Origin: Planctomycetota bacterium
Lineage (GTDB): Bacteria > Planctomycetota > GCA-002687715 > CAIWVZ01
NCBI GenBank assembly: GCA_044222185.1
Contig: JBGANV010000003.1
Coordinates: 800,001 to 864,000, forward strand
DNA length: 64,000 nt
Direction of reading: 5' to 3'
Made by a program: the position numbers and the translations under genes
Notes under the pieces: generated by a model
Told to the model about the DNA's origin: nothing
What the model saw: only the letters and a program-made list of their open reading frames with translations
Database searches by the model: none
Shown: one piece after another, positions 10,187 through 20,510 of the stretch
Numbering within the stretch: position 1 is the stretch's first letter
Layout of the letters: every line of letters starts with the position of its first letter

Positions 10187-11851
10187 TCAGCCGAGCAGGC
10201 GCGCGACGAGCAGGGCGAAATCATCCCGCAGGTAATCGGAGCCCAGCCAGTGGGCTTCGACCGCGGCGAGGAGCGCGCCCGTGAGATCCTTCGACGCACC
10301 GGCGGCATGGCGTCGCACGATCTCCTTCACGGCAGGAAGTCCGAAGAACTGCCCTGCGCGGTTGCGCGCCTCGACGATGCCGTCGGTGTAGAGCACGATC
10401 ACCGACCCGGGGGCCAAGGCCAGGTCGCGCTCCCCGTACTCGACGTCCTCGATGATTCCGAGCGGCGGGCCAGACGCCACCAGCTCGACGAATGCGTCCG
10501 TGGCGGGGTCGTACACGAGCGCTGGATTGTGCCCCGCCGACGCGAACGACAGCGTGTGTTTCTCCGCGTCGAGAAGCACGCAGCAAGCCGTGGCAAACAT
10601 GGCTCGATCGGTGCGGATCCCCAGGAGCTGATTGCAGTCGGCGAGTACGCGGTTCGGTGTGGTGCTTCCAAGGAGCAGCGACCGGAAGAACGACATCGTT
10701 CGCGCCATGAATAGCGCTGCCGCCACGCTCTTGCCCGACACGTCGCCGAGCACCAGCGCGACGCGTCCGCCGTCGACGGGGCGGCAATCGTAGAAGTCGC
10801 CGCCCACCTGTTTCGACGGGCGATACGCCCAGTCGATGTCGACGCCCGGATGGCGGAAGGAATCGTCGGGCAGCAGCCCCAGCTGGATTTCGCCGGCGAT
10901 TTCCAAATCGCGTTGGAGCTTCTCACGGTCGCGGGCCTCGCTCATGAGCCGCGCGTTCTCGATGGCGACGGCCGCCAGGCCGGCGAACGCGCCGAAGAAG
11001 TCCAGATCCGACTCCGTGTACAGGCGCGCTCGCCCCGGATAGTCCGCGTAGAGTGCACCGACGACGCGGTTCTGGACGAGGAGCGGAGCGCAGATCGCAG
11101 CCCGGATGTTCATCATCAGGATGCTCTGCGCGTGGTTGTAGTGGTCGTCCTTGTGTGCGTCCTCGATGATGCGCGGCTTCTTGCTCCGGATGACGTCCTG
11201 GATGATGTGCTGGCTGCAGACCGTGGAGAGCTCGCGCTTGTCCGATTCGGGCCGGAGCACCTGGGCGCGAAGCGAACCGTCCGGCTCGAGGAGCGCGACG
11301 GCCGCACGCTTCACGGGGAGGATCTGGAAGAGATGCTCCATCACGCGCTCAAGAAGCTGGTTCAGCTCCATGGCACCGCTGAGGCTCTTGCCGGCTTCGA
11401 TCAGCAGCGCGAGACGGTGCTGGTCGATGTTGCGATACGCCGTCGGGCTCGGGTCGAGGCGCAGCCCCGAGCTGGAGTCTCCGCCCACGCTCGTGTCCGT
11501 GGAACGCCCCGTCGAAGTGACGTCCAGGGGATCCGAGATGGGGATCATGCCCGTCTGACCGGCGCGGCGACCGATGCGGACCCGCACCATGCCGACCTGC
11601 ATCTCGTCACCACCGGTGAGCTTCGCGTGCGGAACCTTCTTGGCGCCGACCCACACGCCGTTCGCGGAGTGGAGGTCGAGCACCTCGAGGCCGGTTGCCG
11701 TCCCGACGACGCGACAATGGCGGCGCGAGACCGATCGTTCGTCGACGACGATGTCCGCGGTCGGATCGCGACCCATCACGAGTTCCTTGCCGATGGGAAC
11801 CTCGTGCCGCGCAATCTCACGGTCATCGACGACGACGTGCAGCGTCCACAT
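10187..11851 (-). CDS. FHA + GAF + SpoIIE/PP2C phosphatase
   Basis: FHA (GRD...SVSRRH...DLHSANGVWV), GAF (IRAAICAPL...GALYAD), PP2C (VGGDFYD, GDVSGKS, ASAGHNP, LYTDGIVEA, DD). Confidence 0.92.
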   Translation of the reverse strand: MWTLHVVVDDREIARHEVPIGKELVMGRDPTADIVVDERSVSRRHCRVVGTATGLEVLDLHSANGVWVGAKKVPHAKLTGGDEMQVGMVRVRIGRRAGQTGMIPISDPLDVTSTGRSTDTSVGGDSSSGLRLDPSPTAYRNIDQHRLALLIEAGKSLSGAMELNQLLERVMEHLFQILPVKRAAVALLEPDGSLRAQVLRPESDKRELSTVCSQHIIQDVIRSKKPRIIEDAHKDDHYNHAQSILMMNIRAAICAPLLVQNRVVGALYADYPGRARLYTESDLDFFGAFAGLAAVAIENARLMSEARDREKLQRDLEIAGEIQLGLLPDDSFRHPGVDIDWAYRPSKQVGGDFYDCRPVDGGRVALVLGDVSGKSVAAALFMARTMSFFRSLLLGSTTPNRVLADCNQLLGIRTDRAMFATACCVLLDAEKHTLSFASAGHNPALVYDPATDAFVELVASGPPLGIIEDVEYGERDLALAPGSVIVLYTDGIVEARNRAGQFFGLPAVKEIVRRHAAGASKDLTGALLAAVEAHWLGSDYLRDDFALLVARLLG

Positions 11852-11954
11852 TCTGGGGCGCTATTCTCGCGGAGCGGTCGACGACGGCAAGCTCGATCAC
11901 GACGAACCGGAGCGATTCCGTGCCGTTGCCAAGCGACCGTCTCGACCGGAACTG

Positions 11955-12818
11955 TCAGGTTTCCGCGTCGTCGGCCGCCGCTGGAGCGACCGCAGCCTTC
12001 GGCGCCTCCTCCTCCGCATCGGCCGATTGGATCTCCCAAACCTGAAAATCGTTCGCGAGATGCGTGCGCGAGAAGACGCGGGCGGCCTCGACGAGCATCC
12101 GCTCGAGGCGGGCCTCGTCGTAGCGCGGATTCAGATGCCCGAGAATCAGGTCCTTCACCTGGGCGTCCCGAGCAATTTGCGCGGCGCCGTTCGCCGTCCC
12201 GTGGATGCGCAGGTCCTCGTGGCCGGAGGCTTCGTCCTCCGAATCGAGCCACGCGTCGTGGACGAGCACGGCGGCCTTCGACGCGAACGTCGCCGTTTCA
12301 GGACGGCAGGTCGTGTCCGACACGTAGCAGACGTCCCGGACGCGGAAGCCGATCGTCGGATCGGAGTGCGGCTGGCCGATGACCTCCACGGTCTCCCCGG
12401 CGACGCGGTTCCGCCCGACCGAAAGCTCGACGAGCTTGAACCCGTTCGGAAAGCGACCGGGCCACGTCACGATGGGATGAGGGAGAAGCGGCGCTCCGCT
12501 GTACCGCCCCAGGATCTCGTTCGCCGTCACGCCCGTGACGGAGGCCGGCGGCGCCGCGAGCGTGACGTCGTGGTCCCGCAGGAAGTGCGGGAGGTAGTGC
12601 AACCCCTCGATGTGGTCGTGGTGGTAGTGCGAAAGCAGCACGAGGGCGCGCGGAACACGCCGCAGCACGGCCTGCATCATGGGGTCCGACAGCCGGCAAA
12701 GCCCCACTCCTGCGTCCAGGAAGATGAGGCATCGGCGGGTCTCGATGAGGAAGGAATTCGTGCTTCTCCTGGGCGTCGGGATCCATCCGCCGCCGCCGAG
12801 GACGTAGAGACGTGGCAT
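11955..12818 (-). CDS. MBL-fold metallo-hydrolase, RNase Z/BN-like
   Basis: LG.GGW.P, DAG.G, SHYHHDH (HxHxDH), SDT, HDA, HGT, GHLNPRY. Confidence 0.82.
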   Translation of the reverse strand: MPRLYVLGGGGWIPTPRRSTNSFLIETRRCLIFLDAGVGLCRLSDPMMQAVLRRVPRALVLLSHYHHDHIEGLHYLPHFLRDHDVTLAAPPASVTGVTANEILGRYSGAPLLPHPIVTWPGRFPNGFKLVELSVGRNRVAGETVEVIGQPHSDPTIGFRVRDVCYVSDTTCRPETATFASKAAVLVHDAWLDSEDEASGHEDLRIHGTANGAAQIARDAQVKDLILGHLNPRYDEARLERMLVEAARVFSRTHLANDFQVWEIQSADAEEEAPKAAVAPAAADDAET

Positions 12819-12961
12819 CGTGCAACTCCTGAGCTTTCGGCCATTCTGCCGAGTCGCGACGCCGGGTCCAGCTTCGCGAAAACGTTGCCCGCATTTCCCG
12901 CGGGTGCTACTCCCGACGCGGAGCGGGTTCTCGAACCCCTCGGACCAGCAAGAGCCAAGCC

Positions 12962-13744
12962 ATGAGCAACATCAAGAACATCGTTGCCGTCGCCGCCGGA
13001 AAGGGCGGTGTCGGCAAATCCACGGTCGCCGCGAACCTCGCCGCCGGCCTCGCCAGGACCGGGGCCCGCGTCGGATGTCTGGACGCCGACATCTACGGTC
13101 CGTCGATCCCGCTGATGTTCGGTGTCAACGAGCGCCCGCAGGTCCGCGAATGCGAGGACGGCCGCAAGCTGATCCTTCCCATCGTGGCGCACGACGTCCG
13201 GCTGATCTCCGTCGGCTTCCTCATCGAGCCGGACAAGGCCGTGATCTGGCGCGGGCCCATGCTCCACGGCGCCTTGCGGCAGTTCTTCAACGACGTGGAA
13301 TGGGGGGATCTCGACTACCTCATCGTCGACCTTCCCCCGGGCACCGGCGACGTGGCCCTCACCATGGCGCAGCAGGCACCGGTGACGGGCGCGGTCCTCG
13401 TCGCGACTCCGCAGGCCGTGGCGCTGGCCGACGTGAGGAAGGCCTATGCCATGTTCCAGACGACGGGGATTCCCGTCCTGGGACTCGTCGAGAACATGAC
13501 GGGACCGGTGTTCGGACAGGGTGGCGCCCGCGAGTGGGCCAAGCAGACCGGCATCCGCTTCCTCGGGGAGCTGCCTCTGGACCCGCCGATCCGCGTCGCC
13601 GGAGACAATGGGGCCCCGGCCGTCCTGGACGCAAACCCGGCGATCTCGGGCCCGTTCAAGAAGCTCTGTCAGGAGCTCATCGCGGCCGTCGATACGCGGA
13701 ATGCGGAGGCGCCGACGGTCAAACCGATCTCGATCAACAGGTAG
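12962..13744 (+). CDS. mrp: Mrp/NBP35 (ApbC) family P-loop ATPase, lacking CxxC
   Basis: GKGGVGKST, DADIYGPS, WRGPM, DYLIVDLPPGTGD, GLVENM. Confidence 0.92.
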   Translation: MSNIKNIVAVAAGKGGVGKSTVAANLAAGLARTGARVGCLDADIYGPSIPLMFGVNERPQVRECEDGRKLILPIVAHDVRLISVGFLIEPDKAVIWRGPMLHGALRQFFNDVEWGDLDYLIVDLPPGTGDVALTMAQQAPVTGAVLVATPQAVALADVRKAYAMFQTTGIPVLGLVENMTGPVFGQGGAREWAKQTGIRFLGELPLDPPIRVAGDNGAPAVLDANPAISGPFKKLCQELIAAVDTRNAEAPTVKPISINR

Positions 13745-13777
13745 CTCGCGCGGGCGCCTGCGGGCCGGCGCGTCGCC

Positions 13778-14155
13778 TCACTTCTGGGCGAACCACTCGG
13801 CGACGCGCTCGAACTCCGTCGCCAGGGCCTGTCCGATGTCGGCCCTGACGCACTCCCCCAGCCGACCGGCCGCTTCGATCGTCGTCGCCAAGGTGCGAAG
13901 CCCCTCCGCGCCGACGCTTGCGGCCGCGGACTTGAGCGCGTGGGCCTCACGGGTGATGACACCGACGTCGCGGTTGGCCAGGCTCCCGACGATCAAGCCG
14001 ATGCGCTCGCGGGCGTCCGTCAGGAACGTCCCGACAACTTCGGTGACGAACTCGTCCCCGCCCATCTCGCGCAACTCATCCAGCTTCGCCTGGATCACCG
14101 GCGCAGGTGCCTTCACCGCTGAAGCCCCGGCGCCTTCGAAGTTTCGGTCCGACAT
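13778..14155 (-). CDS. stand-alone Hpt phosphotransfer domain protein
   Basis: LDELREMGGDEFVTEVVGTFL...EAHALKSAAASVGA with the conserved His. Confidence 0.88.
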   Translation of the reverse strand: MSDRNFEGAGASAVKAPAPVIQAKLDELREMGGDEFVTEVVGTFLTDARERIGLIVGSLANRDVGVITREAHALKSAAASVGAEGLRTLATTIEAAGRLGECVRADIGQALATEFERVAEWFAQK

Positions 14156-14414
14156 GACTTTGAACTACCTCGACTCAGTGCGCGAGAAGCCGTGCCGAGC
14201 CGCTCCGGCCTCGGCGTTCCAACTGCCTACGGTTCTTGCACGACCTCTATCGGACACGGGCCGCCGGAAGCGTGAGAATTTCGCACGCTGACGGCAGCCA
14301 AACCCCTGCGAGACCTCAATTTCCAAAACCGACGCGGGGCGGCAGTGCGCGGGATCGCACGGCCTGCGCGGCCCGACCGACCGAGCGCAGACCAAGCCGC
14401 GGTCGAGGATTGTG

Positions 14415-15206
14415 TCAGGACCGGACCCGGTACTGCTTGCGGAGGACGACCCACACCCCCGCGATCGTCGAGACGAGGATCGTCGCCACGATGGCCGTCA
14501 GGGCGTCCGTCGCGGTTCCATACCTGGCGCCGGCATCGGCGGCGAGCCCCATCCAGAACGGCCGGTCGTCGTTCACGAGGAGGCAGCGCAGCTGGTACTG
14601 GATCGACAGGTGTGAGGTCGTGCCGGGAAGGTTCGTGAGCACCCCTTCGACGGCGAATGCGTAACCGAGTCCGACGACCATCGGGTGTTCGAAACATGCG
14701 CTCGTGGCCGCAAAAATCGCCCCGTAGCACAGCCCGCCGAGGACGGCCGGTCGCAGGACCTGTCCTGCGAGGGCAGCCGGAACCGCGCCCCCCGACGTCT
14801 GATTCACCCGAACGACGGCGAACAACGCCAGTGCCCCGATTGCCACCACCGCGACGACGATCGTCACGGAGGCCACCGCTCTTCCGAGGAAGAACGCTGC
14901 GCGCGACACGGGGCGCGTGAAGACGTAGGAGATCGTCCGGTCGGCGACTTCCTCCGCCACGACGGCCGACCCGGCGATGACTGCGACGAGCGGCACGATC
15001 ACCTGCAGGAGCACGAACCAACTCACGGAGGCGACGACGCGCGTGGCGTCGACCCGTGGCCGAAACTCCGACAAGAGGAAGACGGGCACGGACGGGGCCA
15101 ATGCCAGCAGGAACATCACCAGCGCGCGACGGGATCGCGTGGTTCGACGGAGAGACGTCGTGAACGTCAGGGCGAGGGCGCGGAGGAAGGCACTCATGCT
15201 CATCAT
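14415..15206 (-). CDS. ABC-2 type exporter permease
   Basis: About 6 TMs, AEEVADRTISYVFTRPVSR; start overlaps the upstream ATPase stop. Confidence 0.85.
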   Translation of the reverse strand: MMSMSAFLRALALTFTTSLRRTTRSRRALVMFLLALAPSVPVFLLSEFRPRVDATRVVASVSWFVLLQVIVPLVAVIAGSAVVAEEVADRTISYVFTRPVSRAAFFLGRAVASVTIVVAVVAIGALALFAVVRVNQTSGGAVPAALAGQVLRPAVLGGLCYGAIFAATSACFEHPMVVGLGYAFAVEGVLTNLPGTTSHLSIQYQLRCLLVNDDRPFWMGLAADAGARYGTATDALTAIVATILVSTIAGVWVVLRKQYRVRS

Positions 15207-16123
15207 CCCACGAGGTAGTCGAAGACCGCCTCGAGACCACTGTCCGTCGTTTCGAACCCGAACACGCCGGGCTTCACGCTCCGAACGATGGACGGCAACG
15301 CACGCTGAAGCGCCACCAGGTCTCGTGTCTCGATGAAGATCTCGTCGCTGCCGTCGACGCGCACGCTCACCACGCCCGGCACCTCCCAGATCGGGCCGCC
15401 GAGGTCCCGCGGCGAACGAGCCCGTATGGTCACCCGCCGCGGATGGCGTCCGAGAAGCTCGCGGATTTCTGGGACCGCGCCGTGCGCGAGGATCCGGCCG
15501 CGATGGATCAGGAGGATGCGTTCGGTGAGCGCTTCGATCTCGTGGAGGATGTGCGACGAGATGAGGATGTTGGCGCCACCGCGCGCGAGTTCGCGGAACA
15601 ATTCGAGGAAGTGCACGCGGGCGAGCGGATCGAGCCCCAAGAGTGGCTCGTCGACGATCAGGAGGCGGGGCGAATGGGCGATCGCTTGGGCCAGCTTGGC
15701 TCGCTGGCGCATGCCCTTCGAGTAGCCGCCGATGCGCCGGTCGGCCGCCGAGCCCAGCCCGACGCGCTCGATGGCGACGTCCGCAAGATCGCGGGCCCGC
15801 CCGGACGAGAACCCGTGGAAGCGCATCATGAGCCCGACGAACTCCCGCGCGGTCATGTCGTCGTAGAGGGCTTCGTGTTCGGGCGCGTACCCGAGGTCGG
15901 CATAGAGCGCGCGGTTCGCGAATGGCTCGAGTCCCAGCACGCGCAGCGTTCCCCGCGATGGGCGGAGCTGGCCCGTGATGAGCTTCATGAAGGTGGACTT
16001 CCCCGCCCCGTTCGGACCGAGGAGCCCAGTGATGCCTCCGCCCACCGTCGCCGTGAGCCCGTTGACTCCGAGGACCTGGCCATACCAGTGCGCGAGGCCG
16101 TCCGCCTCCAGGGTCGCCGTCAT
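15203..16123 (-). CDS. ABC transporter ATP-binding protein
   Basis: GPNGAGKST, YSKGMRQR, IVDEP, SSH. Confidence 0.93.
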   Translation of the reverse strand: MTATLEADGLAHWYGQVLGVNGLTATVGGGITGLLGPNGAGKSTFMKLITGQLRPSRGTLRVLGLEPFANRALYADLGYAPEHEALYDDMTAREFVGLMMRFHGFSSGRARDLADVAIERVGLGSAADRRIGGYSKGMRQRAKLAQAIAHSPRLLIVDEPLLGLDPLARVHFLELFRELARGGANILISSHILHEIEALTERILLIHRGRILAHGAVPEIRELLGRHPRRVTIRARSPRDLGGPIWEVPGVVSVRVDGSDEIFIETRDLVALQRALPSIVRSVKPGVFGFETTDSGLEAVFDYLVG

Positions 16124-17016
16124 GCGACGACCTCGAGACGACGCACGCGCCACGCGACGACGGCCGCGGCGACCACCATGACGCCACCGAGCACCGCGAT
16201 GGAGTGCTCGACGGGCCAGCCGTACCACGCATCCGGACGATCGATGGCCTCGTACCCGACGCGGGCCAGGTCCACGAACGGGCTCAAGAGCCGCCATTCC
16301 GTGTCCTCGCTGAATCGCCACATGGCCGTCCCGACGCCGTGCGGGATGAGCATCACTCCGAACGTCGCAGCCAGGGCGAACACCTTGCGCGTCGCGACGC
16401 TCGACGCCACCAGGACGATCAGCGAATAGAACGCCGCCACGAGGATGCCGTAGGCGAGGGTTCCGACGATGACGCCGCCGTCTTCAGTCACGAAGGCCCA
16501 GTCGGGTGACGAGAACGCCGCCGTCGTGCAGATGACGAGTCCGGGGGCGATCGTGCAGAGCCCGGAGAAGAAGAACACGGTGAGGAAGCGGGCGACGAGG
16601 TAATCCAGACGCGTGATCGGCCTGGAGAAGAGGAGGAGGTGCGTGCCGTTGCGCCGGTCGTCGATCAGCAGGCCGGCGCCGTACCACGCGGCAGCCAGCA
16701 GGCCGAACATCCGCGTGAACTTGAAGAGCTCGGCGAGCTGCCCTCGCGTTTCGAAGAGCTTCGCGGCCATTCCCGCCGCAAGCCGCCCCGCGAAGCCCGG
16801 AGGCGCATGGCCCAGCACGTTGCCCTCCTCCAGTGCGAACCGCGCGTACACGTTGAACGAGAAGATCACGGTCCAGATCGCGGGGATGGTGTAGATCGCG
16901 ATCAGCGCGATCTTCTTGCGACAGCCCGCGCGGACCGCCACCACGAGCAGGGGCCAGAAACGCAGGCGCAGCGAACGCAGACGGCCGGCGTACGGCCGAT
17001 AGGTCTCCGCCGTCAT
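16120..17016 (-). CDS. ABC-2 type exporter permease
   Basis: DDRRNGTHLLLFSRPITRLDYL plus multiple TMs; ATGA overlaps at both ends. Confidence 0.85.
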   Translation of the reverse strand: MTAETYRPYAGRLRSLRLRFWPLLVVAVRAGCRKKIALIAIYTIPAIWTVIFSFNVYARFALEEGNVLGHAPPGFAGRLAAGMAAKLFETRGQLAELFKFTRMFGLLAAAWYGAGLLIDDRRNGTHLLLFSRPITRLDYLVARFLTVFFFSGLCTIAPGLVICTTAAFSSPDWAFVTEDGGVIVGTLAYGILVAAFYSLIVLVASSVATRKVFALAATFGVMLIPHGVGTAMWRFSEDTEWRLLSPFVDLARVGYEAIDRPDAWYGWPVEHSIAVLGGVMVVAAAVVAWRVRRLEVVA

Positions 17017-17990
17017 GGTCGCGCCCGTCCCTCCCCCATGCGAAGGGCGCCGAGGAAGACGTCCTCGAGGGTTCGGCGCACGGGAGTCACGGACGTGACC
17101 GTGACTCCGCACTCGGCCGCAGCCGCGAAGATGCAATCCGCGTCCGTGGACCCGTCCGGGAGCCTGACTCTCAGGCCGGCGGGCACTTTCACGGCCTCCG
17201 TCCCGGACTCGACGAACCGGTGCAGGACGGCGTCCGCGTCGCCGCCGAACGAGGCGTCCACCCAGGTTCCCTCCGATCGTGTGATCGCCGTGATCTCGCC
17301 CTGGGCCGCCACGTCCCCGGCCGAGAGCACGATGACGTCGCGGCAGACCCGTTCGACGTCCGGAAGGAGGTGCGAACACAAGAGGAGGCTCTTGCCGTGA
17401 GTTCCCGCGAGGTCGGCGACGAGCTCGAGCATCTGTAGCCGCCCCTTCGGATCCAGCCCGTTCGTGGGCTCGTCGAGCAAGAGGATCGGCGGATCGTGGA
17501 CCAGCGCCTGGGCGAGCTTGAGCCGTTGCTTCAAGCCCGTGCTGTAGGTCTGACAGTCGCGGTATCGGACTTCCTCGAGCCCGGCATAGAACAGCACGTC
17601 GTGGGCCCGCGTCATGGCGTCCGTCGGCGAAAGGCCGCTCACGCGTCCGAGAAAGCTCACGAGTTCGACGCCACTCATCCCGGCGATGAGGCAATCGCTC
17701 TCCGGCATGTATCCGACGGAGCGTCGCAAGAGCAAGCGCTGCTCGCGGACGGATGGGTCGTGGCCGGCGACGCGGACTTCGCCGCTCGTCGGCGTGACGA
17801 GCCCGAGGAGGACCCGGAGCAGCGTCGTCTTCCCCGCGCCGTTCGGCCCGAGGAGTCCCGTGGACCCCGGGCGGAGCGTGAGCGAGACCGCCTTCAGGGC
17901 GCGCGTCGCTCCGAAGTCCACGGTCAGGTTCCGGACGGAGACCAACGCGTCCGTCGGGGATCTCGCAGGGGTGGGTTCGACACGCTTCAT
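17013..17990 (-). CDS. ABC transporter ATP-binding protein
   Basis: GPNGAGKTT, YSTGLKQR, LLDEPTNGLDP, CSH. Confidence 0.93.
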   Translation of the reverse strand: MKRVEPTPARSPTDALVSVRNLTVDFGATRALKAVSLTLRPGSTGLLGPNGAGKTTLLRVLLGLVTPTSGEVRVAGHDPSVREQRLLLRRSVGYMPESDCLIAGMSGVELVSFLGRVSGLSPTDAMTRAHDVLFYAGLEEVRYRDCQTYSTGLKQRLKLAQALVHDPPILLLDEPTNGLDPKGRLQMLELVADLAGTHGKSLLLCSHLLPDVERVCRDVIVLSAGDVAAQGEITAITRSEGTWVDASFGGDADAVLHRFVESGTEAVKVPAGLRVRLPDGSTDADCIFAAAAECGVTVTSVTPVRRTLEDVFLGALRMGEGRARP

Positions 17991-18085
17991 CGGCGGGGGA
18001 CTCTATCCGAGAGTGGCGGCGGGCGGCGGTGACGGCGTGGCCGTAGCCGAGCCATTCGCACAGGCCTGTCGTTCTTCGCCGGTCT

Positions 18086-18571
18086 CTACGGCCTATGTGG
18101 CTGGCGCGTCGCTGCAGGAACTCCCCTCACGAAACCGATGTAGTCCGTGGGCGGTGGGACGCCGCCCCCACGCCGCAGGAGCCAGGCCACCTGGCCTCGG
18201 TGGTAGGCACCGTGCAGGCAGACGTGGAGGAGGATGTCCCCGATCGACGAGTCGAACTCGTCACCAGCGCTCGTCCGGTAATGGACCGTGCGCGTGAGGT
18301 CGCCGGGGGCGAGGGTCCCGAACGACTGGAGGAGTCCGTCCCGGTTTCGTGCGAGCACGGATGTGCATTCCGCCACACCGAGCTTGGGCCAGACCGCGAC
18401 CGTCGGCGGCCGCCCGTCGAGGCGCGCGAGCCAGACGTGCTCGGCCCCGAGCACGTGTCCCAGGAGCTCGAGCGCCGCGGGATCGGGTGACGCGGACGCC
18501 TTCAGCGCTTCGAGCACCGCACCGTCGGCCCACGCCATGTGATCGAGGGCGCGCTTGAGCAGTTCCATCAT
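18086..18571 (-). CDS. DinB family protein
   Basis: HMAWAD, LGHVLGAEHVWLARL, ILLHVCLHGAYHRGQ, TDYI. Confidence 0.88.
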   Translation of the reverse strand: MMELLKRALDHMAWADGAVLEALKASASPDPAALELLGHVLGAEHVWLARLDGRPPTVAVWPKLGVAECTSVLARNRDGLLQSFGTLAPGDLTRTVHYRTSAGDEFDSSIGDILLHVCLHGAYHRGQVAWLLRRGGGVPPPTDYIGFVRGVPAATRQPHRP

Positions 18572-18620
18572 GCGATTCCTCCGGCGGCCGGATGTTAGCC
18601 GCGAGGCACCGCGTCGCAGC

Positions 18621-20510
18621 TCAGAACCGCCAGGTCGCCGAGAACAACCCGAACCAGGCGTCGTCACCGTCGGTGAATGCGAACCCCGCATGGAAGTACG
18701 CCACATCCAATTCGAAACGCCAGTGCGGTGACGGCTTGTACCCGATGATCAGGTCCCACTCGTTGCCCAGGTCACGCGATCTGCCGTTCGGGTCGTAGCG
18801 CAGTCGCGTGTCCCGCAGGAACGTCGCCGCCTGATCCTGTTGGAAGTGGTGATACTCGACGTCGATCGAGAGCTCGTCGACGGGCCGGAACCCGACCCCG
18901 CCGTAGAAGATCAGCATGTTCGACAGCTCGAAGTCGGCGGCCTCGCCGAAGTATCGGAACGTCACCAGGCCGTTGAATCGGTCGTTGTTCCGTTGGAGAC
19001 CCGTTTGACGGAAGTTCCCGTCGACGCCCTCCGTGGGATGCGCATCCCCCGATCCGTAGGCGAACCCCGCGTAGACGGACGGCTCCAGTGGAACGTCTTT
19101 GAAGACGTACATCGCAGCCACGTCGGCGCCCACGGCGAGAACGTCGTTCCCCCTCTCGTCCCCGAAGACGAGCGCCGAGTCGAACCACGTCGTGAAGTCG
19201 CCGAACTCGCCCTTGTACGACACGCCCGTGTGCGTGCGGGCAACGTCCGCAGTCGTTCCTCCGTGGCGATGAAGACCGTAGACGAACAGTTCGTGGCCGT
19301 CCGCGGGCTGGGTGTGGACGCCCAGGAGGTAGTTCCAGATCTCGTCCTCCTCGGGCGTTCGATCGAAGATGACCGTGCTCGCGGAGAGTTCGACGACGGC
19401 CTCGCGCAGGTTCACGAACAGTCGTGCCGCATCGAGCTGATCCCGATACACCCATTCGCGCCCCTGATCGAACTCCTGTCGACCGATCTCGATGGAGATG
19501 CCGTTGACGGGAACGTCGTCGAACAGGACGTAGGCCTCGGCGACTTCGAACTTCTCGCCGCGGTTCAGGTCCTGGTCCTGGTCGAAGTGGACCCACTCGT
19601 CCAGCGCGCGTAGCTGCGTGAACAAGAAGACGTGGCTGCTGACGTCCACCGAGATCTCGAGTTTGGCCGTGAGGCCGTGAATCAGCCGGTCCCGATCCCG
19701 GTCGTTTCGCAAGTCGAGGTTCCGTCGCAGCTCCGAGTCGAACTTGATGTCGCCCCCGAGCGTGACGATGTCCCCGATCATGAGCTGGTCGTCGGGACGC
19801 TGATCCTCCTCATCGAGGCGCATCACGCTCCTGGGCCGAGCCTTGGGCCGAAGGACGGTCGAGGACTCGGCCGCCGCGGCGGCCACGGCAGCCGCGGTCG
19901 GCTCCGATTGCTTGGCGCGCCAGATGACTTCGGCTGAGTCCAACAGGGTCACGTCGACGCCGGCGATTCGAACTCGGCGTCGCCCGACATCCACCGACTC
20001 GACCCTCCCCTTCAGCTGCTCCTCCTCGCCGGGCTTTCGCTCGCGCACCGTGAGTTTCCAGAGCTCCCGATCGCCGTCGCGGACCTTCGCCTCGATCTTG
20101 ACCCACGCTCCCATGGGAATGGCGGCCGGATCCACGTCCTTGCCACCGGAGTCCTTGAACTGCGATCGCTCGGAAATCGTGAACGCCAGACCCGAGACGC
20201 GACCGATGTGGTCACGGAGGTCGAGCGCCTCGAGCACGCCCTTCACCTCCATCTCGTCGTCGGGGTCGTGGACCTCCGCGGCGTTTGCGATCAACTCCCC
20301 ATCTTCGAACTCACCGCGGAGGATCAAGGTCTGTTTCTTCTCGATCGCGACGAGGCCGATGCGCGGACCCGTGGGCCGCGAGGTCACGGGCGAGGACTCG
20401 GCACGCGGCGCAGCTGGACGGGATTCGGGCGGCGGCGCGTTCTCGGGCCGGAACGCCGCGCACCCGACGCACCCCAGGAGAACGGCGCACAAGACGGCGA
20501 ACGACCTCAA
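18621..20510 (-). CDS. alginate-export-family outer-membrane beta-barrel with N-terminal DUF5666-like repeats
   Basis: Lipoprotein-like signal (LLGCVGC), OB-like repeats (EVKGVL..., LKGRVESVD), barrel motifs (IGRQEF, FAYGSGD, FRQTGLQ.N, ELSNM, DLGNEWDL), C-terminal WRF. Confidence 0.85.
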   Translation of the reverse strand: MRSFAVLCAVLLGCVGCAAFRPENAPPPESRPAAPRAESSPVTSRPTGPRIGLVAIEKKQTLILRGEFEDGELIANAAEVHDPDDEMEVKGVLEALDLRDHIGRVSGLAFTISERSQFKDSGGKDVDPAAIPMGAWVKIEAKVRDGDRELWKLTVRERKPGEEEQLKGRVESVDVGRRRVRIAGVDVTLLDSAEVIWRAKQSEPTAAAVAAAAAESSTVLRPKARPRSVMRLDEEDQRPDDQLMIGDIVTLGGDIKFDSELRRNLDLRNDRDRDRLIHGLTAKLEISVDVSSHVFLFTQLRALDEWVHFDQDQDLNRGEKFEVAEAYVLFDDVPVNGISIEIGRQEFDQGREWVYRDQLDAARLFVNLREAVVELSASTVIFDRTPEEDEIWNYLLGVHTQPADGHELFVYGLHRHGGTTADVARTHTGVSYKGEFGDFTTWFDSALVFGDERGNDVLAVGADVAAMYVFKDVPLEPSVYAGFAYGSGDAHPTEGVDGNFRQTGLQRNNDRFNGLVTFRYFGEAADFELSNMLIFYGGVGFRPVDELSIDVEYHHFQQDQAATFLRDTRLRYDPNGRSRDLGNEWDLIIGYKPSPHWRFELDVAYFHAGFAFTDGDDAWFGLFSATWRF

